From positions 128,355 through 192,354 of the forward strand of contig CP066686.1 of assembly GCA_016432365.1 (NCBI GenBank): a stretch of 64,000 bases of DNA, in the 5' to 3' direction. Below, piece after piece: positions 18,188-27,715 of this stretch. Within the stretch, counting starts at the first letter, position 1; every line of letters begins with the position of its first letter. A program made the translations under genes and the position numbers. The DNA comes from Candidatus Woesebacteria bacterium. Lineage in GTDB: Bacteria; Patescibacteriota; Microgenomatia; UBA8517. The notes under the pieces were generated by a model, which saw nothing but the letters and a program-made list of their open reading frames with translations, was not told the DNA's origin and did no database searches.

Positions 18188-19316
18188 ATTTTTTTGCCAA
18201 ACGGGACATAATTTTAGCCGATTCGGCGATTGATGTCTTTTCTCCATAAAGATGTAAATCAAAATCTTTAACTTTTTTAAGCATGTCAAAAGCTTCTTTG
18301 TCGTGTGGCCCTCCCCGGCGTATAACTACTGGGTAATCCGGTTTGGGATTCATCTTTCTCAATGATTCTATAAACCCGGTAAGTGTCTCAAAGATGTTGG
18401 TAAAGTTGGCAATAGCCCCAACCACCCAAAGACCATTTATTCCTTTTTTAGATAGCACAATCTTGGTGAGTTTTGCCACTTTTTCTTTTGAAGGATTGCC
18501 GGAATATTCAGTATAATTTGCAGGGGCCCCACCCGCTTTGACCAATGCGTCCATCGCAGTTAATGATGCTCCTCCGCCTGAGGCAAGAACCGCAATGTCC
18601 CCAGGTAAATCAAAATAAGTTGAACCGGCAGTTCCCCTATAATCACCCTCATCGATTTTCTTGGCGGCAATTTCCCTTCTTGTTGGACTGCGACCTGGAA
18701 TGGACCTGGGTGAATAAGTCCATTCTTTATGGCGTCCAATAGCTGAATCGTCCAACTTAACCTTAGCATCAAGCGCATAGACATTTCCTTTTTCATCAAT
18801 AACCAAGGGATTAATTTCCAGTAGCAACAAGTCGTTATCCAAGAACGACTTGATTAATTTAGGTAATATTTTTTGAATTTTCCCAGGTAGCGCAACTTTT
18901 GTTTTTTTGGGGTTAAGGGTGTCTAGGGGAACAATTTTCGATTCCCTTGTCTCAATTCCGGTTCCTCCCGATTCTGAAAATGTTAAGACAGGACCGCGAC
19001 TTCCTGTGTCATATGACAATGCCAAATAGAATTCGCGTCTGTGTTTGATTATTTCTTCTGCAAGTATTTCTGTAACAACTTCTCCGTTTATTTTTTTGCC
19101 CAAAAGTTTTTTAACCTTAGATTTGAATTCTTCCTTTTTGTTTACAAAAATAATTCCACCGGCATCTTTTCTCTTACCGGAAAGGACCTGAGCTTTAAGA
19201 ACCATCGGGAATTTAATTCTGACCTTATTTGTAGCCGAATCCACAATCTGAAACGGGGGAACTTTTATACCTTTATCCGAAAGAAGTTTCTTACCTTCAA
19301 ATTCGTATAGAATCAT
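18168..19316 (-). CDS. succinyl-CoA synthetase beta-like ATP-grasp subunit
   Basis: SucC/AclB-like ATP-grasp N-terminus (MILYEFEGKKLLSDKGIKVP…) with a C-terminal ligase-CoA domain. Confidence 0.7.
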   Translation of the reverse strand: MILYEFEGKKLLSDKGIKVPPFQIVDSATNKVRIKFPMVLKAQVLSGKRKDAGGIIFVNKKEEFKSKVKKLLGKKINGEVVTEILAEEIIKHRREFYLALSYDTGSRGPVLTFSESGGTGIETRESKIVPLDTLNPKKTKVALPGKIQKILPKLIKSFLDNDLLLLEINPLVIDEKGNVYALDAKVKLDDSAIGRHKEWTYSPRSIPGRSPTRREIAAKKIDEGDYRGTAGSTYFDLPGDIAVLASGGGASLTAMDALVKAGGAPANYTEYSGNPSKEKVAKLTKIVLSKKGINGLWVVGAIANFTNIFETLTGFIESLRKMNPKPDYPVVIRRGGPHDKEAFDMLKKVKDFDLHLYGEKTSIAESAKIMSRLAKKYASTKK

Positions 19317-19429
19317 GCCAATATCATACCAGAATATTGATCCGAAGCAACCACCGACAACTTAAAGACGTTGTTAATCCAAATAGTCCTGTAGCCACGC
19401 CCTTCCGAAGCCTTGACGAAGGAGGGTTT

Positions 19430-20509
19430 TTAATCTAAGTAGTCTTGTAACTTTTTCCTTCTACTTGGATGTTTAAGTTTTCGGAGAGCCTTGGCTTCAA
19501 TCTGGCGGATACGTTCGCGGGTGACACCAAAGACCTTACCCACCTCTTCAAGTGTCATTGCTTTGCTACCTTCCAAACCAAATCTAAGTTTAAGAACTTT
19601 GGCTTCCCTCTCAGACAGTGTTCCCAGAACTTCTTCCAAATGATCTTTGAGAAGTTGTTTACTTGCCTGATCCACCGGGGAAAGCGCATTTTCGTCAGGA
19701 ATAAAGTCTCCCAAGAAACTTTCCTGATCTTCTCCCACAGGGGCTTCCAGGGAAGTTGTTTCTTGGGCAATTTTAAATATTTCGCGAACCCTGTCTCCGT
19801 CCAACTCAAGCTCTCCTCCGATTTCCTCGGGTGTGGGCTCACGTCCAAGCTCCTGCATAAGTCTTCTGGAAGTGCGGTAAATCTTGTTAATAGTCTCGAC
19901 CATGTGGACCGGAATGCGGATGGTTCTTGCCTGGTCGGCAATGGCTCGGGTTATGGCCTGTCTAATCCACCAGGTTGCGTAAGTTGAGAATTTGTAGCCT
20001 TTTCTCCAATCATACTTCTCTACTGCACGAATTAGCCCCTGGTTTCCTTCCTGGATAAGATCCAGAAGTGACAAACCACGTCCAATATATTTCTTTGCTA
20101 TGGAGACAACTAAACGCAAATTGCTCTCAGTTAGCTTATCTTTTGCTCTTTTGTCGGCTTTTTCGTATCTTTTAGCAAGTTCAACCTCGTCTTCCGCCAA
20201 AAGAAGAGGAACGCGTCCAATTTCTCTAAGATACTGTCTAACAGGGTCTGTGGACTCAATTCCTTCAAGTTTAGTAAGAAGTTCAATTTCTCGATCAAGT
20301 TTTTCTTTGGCCTTTTCGTCACTTTCGATTTCCCCGGGAGTTACCGATTCAAAGACGTCGATACCTTCACCAAGAAGTTTTTCGTAGAGCTCGTCGAGCT
20401 CAATTACCCTTTCTTCGGCATCAGGGAAAACATCCAAAATTTCATCTTGGGTTAAAAATCCCTGGTCGCGTCCTTTTTTAATTAAGTCTAAAACAGGTTT
20501 TCGTATCAT
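19430..20509 (-). CDS. rpoD: RNA polymerase sigma factor RpoD (sigma-70)
   Basis: Regions 2-4: [54 protein letters not shown]; …[20 protein letters not shown]. Confidence 0.9.
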   Translation of the reverse strand: MIRKPVLDLIKKGRDQGFLTQDEILDVFPDAEERVIELDELYEKLLGEGIDVFESVTPGEIESDEKAKEKLDREIELLTKLEGIESTDPVRQYLREIGRVPLLLAEDEVELAKRYEKADKRAKDKLTESNLRLVVSIAKKYIGRGLSLLDLIQEGNQGLIRAVEKYDWRKGYKFSTYATWWIRQAITRAIADQARTIRIPVHMVETINKIYRTSRRLMQELGREPTPEEIGGELELDGDRVREIFKIAQETTSLEAPVGEDQESFLGDFIPDENALSPVDQASKQLLKDHLEEVLGTLSEREAKVLKLRFGLEGSKAMTLEEVGKVFGVTRERIRQIEAKALRKLKHPSRRKKLQDYLD

Positions 20510-20535
20510 AGTGTTGCCAAGCAAACAAGCCAGAA

Positions 20536-22344
20536 TTAATCCGGCTCTTTGAGTATTATACCTCCTCCGTCGGACTCAGTATACCCTGATAATTTTTTAG
20601 CCAGTTTTCCGAACTTTTGTTGTGCCGAAAGGAGCCTCTCTTTATCGCCGCTTTCTTCTAAACTCCGCATCTCGTGGGCCAAAAGTTTGAGATTTTCCTT
20701 CGTCGAAAGTATTTTAAGCTCTTTTTGGACCAAATCAAACTCCTTTTTAAAAAGATCGGAACCGACATCTTCCCTTTTATTCTCGCTCATTACCATTTTG
20801 GCAAATCCATCAAACAGCTCTTTAGGCATAGAGTTTGCGAATTCGGAAAGATTAAAATCTTTGTGTGAACTTGAAAACTTGTTGTATTCTTCCAAAATTC
20901 TTACATTTATAGGAGATGAGATGAGGCTGGAAACACTGTCGGAAAGGAGAATTTTCGGATCTTGCCGAAACGCCATAGATATTAAATCCTCTTCTAAAAG
21001 AACTTTCCTGTCTCTCACTGCTTCAGGCTCTTGTTTTGTTAACACGTTGGGCAAAACATCCGCTTTTTTGCTTTTATCGAGCTCATCTGTGACAGCATTA
21101 AGAGGTACCTCCAAACGTCTGGCAACAATGTTGGCATAGTGAGCCTGAACTATTTTATCTCCAATTTCAGACAAAATCGGTATCAGCTCTTTGGAAATTT
21201 TGGCTTTTCCTGAACCTGTTGAGGAATCAAATCTGGAGAAAATCGAGTTGGTCAGATAGTCCCATGATCCCTCTGCACCAATTAAGTCTTTTTTATAACC
21301 CGCCAAGTCGTTTCTTGCAGCCTCGTCGGGATCCTTGAAATTACTTAATTTGGCAACTTTAACCTCGATCCCGGCATTACTTGCAATCGTTAATCCGCGC
21401 CTCGAAGCCGCGTCCCCTGCCATATCAGCATCAAGTGCCAGAATGAATTTAGGTGCAAAACGGGATAGAAGCCTTATTTGTTCTTCGGTCAGTGCCGACC
21501 CTTTGATCGCTACAACATTCTTAATTCCGGCTTGGTAAGAAGAGATTGCGTCAAGCTCTCCTTCAACTATAATTGCGACTTTCTTCTTTTTAATAAAACT
21601 CCTGGTTATGTTTAGAGCATATAAAACATGACTTTTATGATAAATGGGGGTTTCGGGTGAATTTATATATTTCCCTGTTTCGCGTTTATCCCAAGGAAGC
21701 ACCCTGCCGGCAAACCCAATAGGGTTACCTCTGTGGTCAAAAAGTGGAAAGATTATACGTCCGTTGAATCTGTCATAAATGTTACCCCCTCTAACTATCC
21801 CTATACCTGCACGTTCAATATCGCTTGGCAGAAACTTTTTCTTGTCGATCAAAAATTTTTTAAGTGAATACGAGTTTTCCGGAGAAAATCCCAATTGGAA
21901 TTCTTTGATTATGTCCGGTTTCAACCCTCTGTCTTTGACTAGATATTCCAAGGCTTTCTTACCAACGGGGTGTTCCAAAAGAAGATAACTGTAAAATTTT
22001 AGGGCTTGAGAATTTACTTCGATCAATCTCTCACGGTCAGTTGACTGCCCAAAATTGGTCTTTTGAAGTTTAACTCCGACACGATCGGCAAGGTATTTTA
22101 ATGCTTCCGGAAAATCCATTCCTTCGAATTTCTCAAGAAAATTAAAAACGTCCCCAGCCTCCCCACAACCAAAACATTTAAAAATCTGAAGTTCGGGAGA
22201 AACCATAAAAGAAGGAGTTTTTTCACCGTGGAAAGGGCAAGGCGCTTTATAATTTCTGCCCGCTTTTTTAAGATCGATTCTTTCTCCGATGATTGACACT
22301 ATATCTATCTTTGATTTTATCTCGGCAACTTGATCATCAGACAT
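20536..22344 (-). CDS. dnaG: DNA primase DnaG
   Basis: Zinc finger [30 protein letters not shown] and [15 protein letters not shown]; lies upstream of rpoD (MMS operon order). TGGTATAAT sits 9 nt before the ATG. Confidence 0.9.
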   Translation of the reverse strand: MSDDQVAEIKSKIDIVSIIGERIDLKKAGRNYKAPCPFHGEKTPSFMVSPELQIFKCFGCGEAGDVFNFLEKFEGMDFPEALKYLADRVGVKLQKTNFGQSTDRERLIEVNSQALKFYSYLLLEHPVGKKALEYLVKDRGLKPDIIKEFQLGFSPENSYSLKKFLIDKKKFLPSDIERAGIGIVRGGNIYDRFNGRIIFPLFDHRGNPIGFAGRVLPWDKRETGKYINSPETPIYHKSHVLYALNITRSFIKKKKVAIIVEGELDAISSYQAGIKNVVAIKGSALTEEQIRLLSRFAPKFILALDADMAGDAASRRGLTIASNAGIEVKVAKLSNFKDPDEAARNDLAGYKKDLIGAEGSWDYLTNSIFSRFDSSTGSGKAKISKELIPILSEIGDKIVQAHYANIVARRLEVPLNAVTDELDKSKKADVLPNVLTKQEPEAVRDRKVLLEEDLISMAFRQDPKILLSDSVSSLISSPINVRILEEYNKFSSSHKDFNLSEFANSMPKELFDGFAKMVMSENKREDVGSDLFKKEFDLVQKELKILSTKENLKLLAHEMRSLEESGDKERLLSAQQKFGKLAKKLSGYTESDGGGIILKEPD

Positions 22345-22378
22345 TCTAGTTCGATTATACCAGACCCGAAGAAATCCC

Positions 22379-23122
22379 TTAGCTCTTTATATCAAATTCT
22401 AAAACTAAGGGGAGGTGGTCAGAAATCTCAATATTGGGAACCTCAAAATTTTTTACCTTTATGTCTGGCGAAATAAAAAGATAGTCGGCAAAATATTGGC
22501 GTTCAAAAAACTGCTCCCCACGCTCTTTAAACTGTCTCTCGGCCTGCTCCCAAGAAAAATGATTCCTTGTAGACCCTATTTTATACTCCTCAATCAAATT
22601 CCGATAACCGGCCATTTCAAACATCTTTACGCTCTTTGTGTTGGGCATTAAATTAAAATCCCCGCCGATAATCTTGGGTCCATTTTTGTGTTTAAAGTAG
22701 TCAATTATTATTTTTGACTGCTTAATCCTAGCAGGAGTGTCTAGTTTGTGACCCGGTTTGGCTTTTCCGTGAACACTACCTATAAAAAAACTTCCTCCAT
22801 TGCTACCTACCTCGGCTACCTGGAATCCTCCCGCATCTTTTCTGGTTATTTTATAGGCAAGCATATTGGTATGGTTGATTACCCTGACACCTCTTTTAAT
22901 AAAAATTGTTTGTCCGTCGATACCTTCGTCTAAATAATCCGTTTTGATTAACTCATCGTAAAATGGTTGGAAATCCGGCAAAAGGCGTACCAGTTTTGTT
23001 TGGAGTTCGGGACCAACCTCTGTAAAACAGAGTATGTCGGCAATTTTGGCCTCACTCAATATATATTCCTGGAGTTTGTCCCAGACGTGTGCATGCCAGA
23101 TATTTAGAAAGATTATTTTCAT
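22379..23122 (-). CDS. endonuclease/exonuclease/phosphatase (EEP) family protein
   Basis: N-terminal MKIIFLNIWHAH, C-terminal SDHLPLVLEF motif. Confidence 0.7.
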   Translation of the reverse strand: MKIIFLNIWHAHVWDKLQEYILSEAKIADILCFTEVGPELQTKLVRLLPDFQPFYDELIKTDYLDEGIDGQTIFIKRGVRVINHTNMLAYKITRKDAGGFQVAEVGSNGGSFFIGSVHGKAKPGHKLDTPARIKQSKIIIDYFKHKNGPKIIGGDFNLMPNTKSVKMFEMAGYRNLIEEYKIGSTRNHFSWEQAERQFKERGEQFFERQYFADYLFISPDIKVKNFEVPNIEISDHLPLVLEFDIKS

Positions 23123-23238
23123 TTACGTTGCGTCTGCACTCAACAAAATTGCAAAGCAATTTTGAGAGGAAGAGCAGACTGTAAAAAGCGAAGTTCCGAT
23201 TTTATCGGAACGAAGCAGTAAAGTCTTGCTCTGACGAG

Positions 23239-23322
23239 CGGTGGGGACAGGATTCGAACCTGCGAGGCCTTTCGACCACACGATTTCCAATCGTGCTCCT
23301 TGAACCACTCGGACACCCCACC
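23239..23322 (-). tRNA. tRNA-Ser(GGA)
   Basis: Minus-strand sequence GGTGGGGTGTCCGAGTGG…ACGATTGGAAATCGT…long variable arm…GGTTCGAATCC…CCCCACCG. Promoter TTTGATATAATACGCTT immediately upstream. Confidence 0.8.
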
Positions 23323-23361
23323 TTGTAAAGCGTATTATATCAAAGAAGGAAGGTTTCGAAG

Positions 23362-25365
23362 TTATCTAACTTTCTTACTCATTATCTTCTCTTTTTCTTC
23401 TTTTCTCAGTCCTTTTAGAAGAATTAACGCCTCATGGGTGTCTACCGATTCTAAAAAGGTTGATGTCGGAATCACAAGCTTCTGATCTGGGAAAAGAATT
23501 ACTGCCTGCCCACCCAAGGGCGCCCTCTTTTTGTTGGATTTACCTCCGGAATCATATTCAGAAAACCAACCCGGAGCAACATAATCAGCATCTGGTGTAG
23601 TCATAAAGCCTCCGCCCAACATATGCCCTCCCGCAACGACATCGGATCTTAATAATGCTTTTCTCCTTGCCTGCACGAGACCTCTAAAAGGATCGAACTC
23701 ACTTCCGGAACTGGCTAGGTGATCCATAAGTAAAAATTCATATGAAGCCTTTCCGAAATCCAAATACATTAGAGATTGGTTAAGGTACAAAGGCACTTTC
23801 TTTGAAAACGCCCTATAAATATAAGTTCCCGGATATAAACGAGTTTTTCTTTCTCTTTCAAAACGAACCTTCCCCCTACTGTCTTTAATTTTTATGACAT
23901 TTCCCAAAACATCTTTCTTCCATCTGTCGTCCAACAAACTGGAGGACATCATAAAACCCAAAAGCCTGTCTTTATTGACAATCGGAGAGAGGTCATTAAT
24001 CATCCTATCTAGTACATAATCACGGCTATACATTTTAGCTACATCAGGATCTATAAAATGCCTCATTACAAGCCCGTATTCAAACGGATTTCCTTCAATT
24101 TGTTTGATAATTTCAAACAACTTCTCTTTATCTCTTTTCTCAAAACTGGTACTCGAATATCTGGCACCCGCCAGAAGAAACACCATTCTGGGGATACTGC
24201 CGGAGTCCTCAAATTTCCATTTGAAGTTTTCAAACATGGGAGTGTCAAACTGATTGTCTTTGATTTTTGTCCTCGAACTTTTCCTGTCAAATTCGGCTTT
24301 AGGTTTTCTTGATCTATCTATTATTTCTTCAATAAGTTCACCCGTCTTCTGCAGTTTTTCAGTTTTGTCTAACAATTTGGCTGCCTCATACAAAATTTCT
24401 CCTTTGTTAAATCCATACGACAACCAAGCGTATTCTCCATTTTTCCCGTCACCCTTTTTTCTTTCAGGTTGATTGAGAATCAACTGGACTCCCGGAGTTA
24501 GCGTTGGTCCTTTTGCCATTTTAGACAAATACGTATCGGGTCTATTGGGGTCGTTTCCTTTTGTGGTCCCGTTTGCAAAAAGAAGATGTCCTTTTTCCCT
24601 CCCCTCCTTAAGATCAAACACCATTTCCTTGGACACACCGGCCCTGTGATGCCAATGTCCGCCGCCGGCACCGTCAACATCTCCTCTGTGGCTGACATAT
24701 TCCCAAAGGCGGTTCCTTTGGGCCCCCAATGGATTCACTTCATCCGACCCGCCGCCACCCGGAGCGTGATAAACAAGTTGTGTGTAAGTCACACCGTTAT
24801 TTAAGTGAATAATTAACCTGCCTCCGTTATACAACACCTTCAGCTCTGTTCCATCAGGTTGGGTAAATCCGTCAGCAATCAGTTGAACTACATCAATTCC
24901 TAAGTATCTGTCTCCCCACCCCTCGTGACCATCAAAAGTTCCAACCATACAAATAATCTTTCCGGTTTTTACATATGGTTCAATAATTTTTTTGGCCGCC
25001 TTTATCTGATTGCTAAACCCTATCTCGACATTGTTGATGTGATCAGGAATACCGGGATTAGCCCCCTCAATGAAATCTCCCATTATAATTCCATACGTAT
25101 GGGGCTCCTCAAGTTTAGCTAACAGTTCATTGACCTTACTTTTGTCAGTTTGTACCGCAAACAAGTGAGTATCAGATATCGGGATTATTCTTACGGGCTC
25201 ATTAAACCCTACCGAAAGCTCTACCTTTTCCTGCAACAAGGTCATGTCTTCTTCGATTTCTTGCTTGAGTTGATGAACGGTGTCAAGTTTGATTTGAATT
25301 TTATCAAAAGCGGGGCGATCTTTATCTACAAATCGAAGTTTGATCTCCGGCATCTTTTCTTTCAT
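23362..25365 (-). CDS. large calcineurin-like metallophosphoesterase-domain protein
   Basis: IIPISDTHLF…IIMGDFIEG…GGGHWHHRAGV metallophosphatase motifs; the ~350 aa C-terminal extension has no known motif. Confidence 0.55.
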   Translation of the reverse strand: MKEKMPEIKLRFVDKDRPAFDKIQIKLDTVHQLKQEIEEDMTLLQEKVELSVGFNEPVRIIPISDTHLFAVQTDKSKVNELLAKLEEPHTYGIIMGDFIEGANPGIPDHINNVEIGFSNQIKAAKKIIEPYVKTGKIICMVGTFDGHEGWGDRYLGIDVVQLIADGFTQPDGTELKVLYNGGRLIIHLNNGVTYTQLVYHAPGGGGSDEVNPLGAQRNRLWEYVSHRGDVDGAGGGHWHHRAGVSKEMVFDLKEGREKGHLLFANGTTKGNDPNRPDTYLSKMAKGPTLTPGVQLILNQPERKKGDGKNGEYAWLSYGFNKGEILYEAAKLLDKTEKLQKTGELIEEIIDRSRKPKAEFDRKSSRTKIKDNQFDTPMFENFKWKFEDSGSIPRMVFLLAGARYSSTSFEKRDKEKLFEIIKQIEGNPFEYGLVMRHFIDPDVAKMYSRDYVLDRMINDLSPIVNKDRLLGFMMSSSLLDDRWKKDVLGNVIKIKDSRGKVRFERERKTRLYPGTYIYRAFSKKVPLYLNQSLMYLDFGKASYEFLLMDHLASSGSEFDPFRGLVQARRKALLRSDVVAGGHMLGGGFMTTPDADYVAPGWFSEYDSGGKSNKKRAPLGGQAVILFPDQKLVIPTSTFLESVDTHEALILLKGLRKEEKEKIMSKKVR

Positions 25366-25446
25366 TTCAACCTCATTATAGAAAACAAAATATTCTTTTC
25401 AAGTATTGACTTAATCTGTGAAAAGTCGTAAAAATTAGGACAGCTC

Positions 25447-25989
25447 TTACCGAAGTTCCTCCGCCTTTTTTAGTATTTCCTTTTCCCTTGTGAACGAAAG
25501 TAGTTTATATGCTTCATCATATGAAAGCCATGCAACCTCTGAGGTTTCGCCGTCAAATCCTTCCGGCAAGTCGCGCAAATACTCCATTAAATAAAAGGTC
25601 ACGAACTTCATAATTTTTCCCCGAACCGGATGTGTATAAAAAAATGTCGAAGTGCCAATCTTATCAATTATTTTTGCCTCAACCCCACCTTCTTCTCTAA
25701 CTTCTCTCAAGGCGGTTTCTCTGAGAGTCTTTTCGTCTGCTTTTTTGACTCCGCTTGCCATAGGACCCGGAATCCCATCACTTTCGTCATCCAGCCAACC
25801 CTTTGGTAATCGCCAGAAAACATCCGGAAACATTTTGCTGGGCATTGTTGCCGCCACGAGCCAAAGAATTTTTAATTTTTCATTTTTAATTTTTAATTTT
25901 TTATAGACCACCCCACCTGAAGAAAACTCTCTCCCAATCGAAGATTTTGTAGTTAAAACTGTTGTTTTTTGTTGTGTGTCTTTTCCCAC
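25447..25989 (-). CDS. NUDIX hydrolase
   Basis: Nudix box LRETALREVREEGGVEAKI. Confidence 0.7.
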   Translation of the reverse strand: MGKDTQQKTTVLTTKSSIGREFSSGGVVYKKLKIKNEKLKILWLVAATMPSKMFPDVFWRLPKGWLDDESDGIPGPMASGVKKADEKTLRETALREVREEGGVEAKIIDKIGTSTFFYTHPVRGKIMKFVTFYLMEYLRDLPEGFDGETSEVAWLSYDEAYKLLSFTREKEILKKAEELR

Positions 25990-26411
25990 TCTTTCAGTAT
26001 ATCTTTTGCGCTTTTCAACATTTCCTTTTCCCTTTTAATAGTTACTTTTTTCATGGCTTGGGCGTGTTCCAACCAAACAAAATCTGTAAAACCTATCGCA
26101 TCAGCCCCACCGGCCTTGAGAATCATTAAGTAATAATAGAATTTTTGAGGAATCGATTTCGCATTTACTATTGTCGTCCCGGTAGCGCGTCCGGCTTCTT
26201 CCAAAACTCTCGTAGCCATCCCTGCTTGTTCTCCGGTTAAACGTATAACTGCGCGGACAGAAGATTCACCCTTTCTTACGGTCACCTTCGGCAACTCCCA
26301 ATCTCCGTCCTCTTTTTGTTTGACCACAAACCACTGCCGCTTACCACGGTTATCTCTAAAAATAATGGCGATTCCTATTAATACTTGTTGATTTTGTTTT
26401 GGTGTAATCAT
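25953..26411 (-). CDS. hypothetical protein (possibly a degenerate NUDIX-like fold)
   Basis: Start trimmed to MITPKQ (ATG at 26411) so it does not run into the tRNA-Ser gene; weak RLTGEQAGMATRVLEEAG resemblance. Confidence 0.4.
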   Translation of the reverse strand: MITPKQNQQVLIGIAIIFRDNRGKRQWFVVKQKEDGDWELPKVTVRKGESSVRAVIRLTGEQAGMATRVLEEAGRATGTTIVNAKSIPQKFYYYLMILKAGGADAIGFTDFVWLEHAQAMKKVTIKREKEMLKSAKDILKEWEKTHNKKQQF

Positions 26412-26451
26412 ATTAATTATTCCTGTGATACAGGAGTCGTCCCGCACTGAG

Positions 26452-26533
26452 CGGAGGATACAGGAGTCGAACCTGTTATCCCTTTCGAGAATTGGTTTTC
26501 GAAACCAACGCGTTACCGTCCCGCCCATCCTCC
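26452..26533 (-). tRNA. tRNA-Ser(CGA)
   Basis: Minus-strand sequence GGAGGATGG…TTGGTTTCGAAAACCAA…long variable arm…AGGTTCGACTCCTGTATCCTCCG. Confidence 0.75.
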
Positions 26534-26537
26534 AGTG

Positions 26538-26611
26538 TGTACCCGGTGAGACTCGGACTCACAATCTTCAGATCCGCAATCTGATGCTTAATCCAATTAA
26601 GCTACGGGTAC
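26538..26611 (-). tRNA. tRNA-Arg(GCG), atypical T-loop (C55)
   Basis: GTACCCGTAGCTTAATTGGATTAAGCATCAGATTGCGGATCTGAAGATTGTGAGTCCGAGTCTCACCGGGTACA. Cloverleaf is good except that the T-loop reads TCCGAGT. Confidence 0.6.
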
Positions 26612-26671
26612 TTATAAAGCACCCTGCGCTCGCCAACTGGCTAAAGCTACGGGTACGAGTCTACTAGCTAT

Positions 26672-27226
26672 TTAACTATTTCCCGGCAGCTTTTTTCCTA
26701 CCCAGTCCGTAAATTTATCGATTCCGGATGCGGGCACCTCTTCAAGAGGTAGATAGGCAGATATCTCTTTTGTGATTTTTTCTTTCACTGACGGCTCTAT
26801 CACCATCTCGATTCTTCCCGGGATTAAACCTGTATCAATAACCAAGAGTTCCTGATCAAATCTTTTGGTAAACCAAAATCTATTTAAAAAACTCCACGAT
26901 GTCAGGTTGTTGCCGATTTTTATTCCTTTACTGGTTATTTTGTATTCGATTCTTTCCGGCTCCACCGTAGATAGAACATAATACAAAAAAACAAGTGCAA
27001 TAATTAAAAGTACAGGCATAAACCCTTCGGCAAAAAAAAGTACCAATCCCAAAATCCCAGCCATCGCAAAAACTGTTACAAAAAACTGCTTGTCACGCCT
27101 TTTAAACGGACGGGCCGGAGCGGACCAGCTAACCAATTCTCTCTCGGGTTCGCGCCTAACAACCACAGCCTGTGGCTGACTTTCTTGATCTTTGGCAGGA
27201 TCCATATAACTCGTAGTATACCTCAA
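26672..27226 (-). CDS. membrane protein, hypothetical
   Basis: Two TM helices (FFVTVFAMAGILGLVLFF…PVLLIIALVFLYYVL). Confidence 0.45.
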   Translation of the reverse strand: MRYTTSYMDPAKDQESQPQAVVVRREPERELVSWSAPARPFKRRDKQFFVTVFAMAGILGLVLFFAEGFMPVLLIIALVFLYYVLSTVEPERIEYKITSKGIKIGNNLTSWSFLNRFWFTKRFDQELLVIDTGLIPGRIEMVIEPSVKEKITKEISAYLPLEEVPASGIDKFTDWVGKKLPGNS

Positions 27227-27273
27227 ATGACAGTTCCGTTCCAGAGGCTGTAAACTGATATAATACGCTTGTT

Positions 27274-27358
27274 GGAGGATATGCCGAGCGGCTAAGGCAA
27301 AGGTTTGCTAAACCTTGACCACGCAAGTGGTCGGTGGGTTCGACTCCCTCATCCTCCG
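27274..27358 (+). tRNA. tRNA-Ser(GCU)
   Basis: GGAGGATATGCCGAGCGGCTAAGGCAAAGGTTTGCTAAACCTT…long variable arm…GGTTCGACTCCCTCATCCTCCG. Promoter CTGATATAATACGCTT sits directly upstream. Confidence 0.8.
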
Positions 27359-27522
27359 CTCGTCAGAGTTAGACCTTTACGCTTCGTTTCTGCGTAGCAG
27401 AAACTTTGCTATTTTTGGTCTACTCTTCCTCTCAAAATTGCTTTGCAATTTTGGAAGAAGAAACGGCAAAGCGGAAAGCAAAAGCGATAGCGATCTGCGA
27501 ACAGTATAGGAAATTTCGACGA

Positions 27523-27607
27523 GGAGAGGTCGCATAGCGGTCTAGTGCAGCGGTTTACTAAACCGCCGTATCGCAAGATACCGAGAGTTCGAATCTCTCC
27601 CTCTCCG
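27523..27607 (+). tRNA. class II (long variable arm) tRNA with apparent ACU anticodon; identity uncertain
   Basis: GGAGAGGTCGCATAGCGGTCTAGTGCAGCGGTTTACTAAACCGC…CCGAGAGTTCGAATCTCTCCCTCTCCG. Acceptor, D, T and variable arms fold well. Anticodon stem is GCGGT/ACCGC and the loop TTACTAA places ACT at positions 34-36; discriminator is G. Confidence 0.5.
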
Positions 27608-27633
27608 CACTGATATAATTGATTGTCCAACGA

Positions 27634-27715
27634 GGTGGGCGGGCAGGACGGTAATGCGCGGGTCTTGAAAACCCGTGAGCGAAAGCTCTAACAGGTTCGA
27701 CCCCTGTGCCCACCG
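27634..27715 (+). tRNA. tRNA-Ser(UGA)
   Basis: GGTGGGCGG…CGGGTCTTGAAAACCCG…long variable arm…AGGTTCGACCCCTGTGCCCACCG. CTGATATAAT lies 15 nt upstream. Confidence 0.75.

Noticed and set aside
19469-19987. 172 aa + strand ORF, and a 128 aa minus-strand ORF, inside rpoD
   Set aside because: They lie antisense to or out of frame within the strongly supported rpoD gene. Shadow ORFs.
20549-21139. 196 aa + strand ORF antisense to dnaG
   Set aside because: Serine/leucine-rich low-complexity translation opposite a confident dnaG frame. Shadow ORF.
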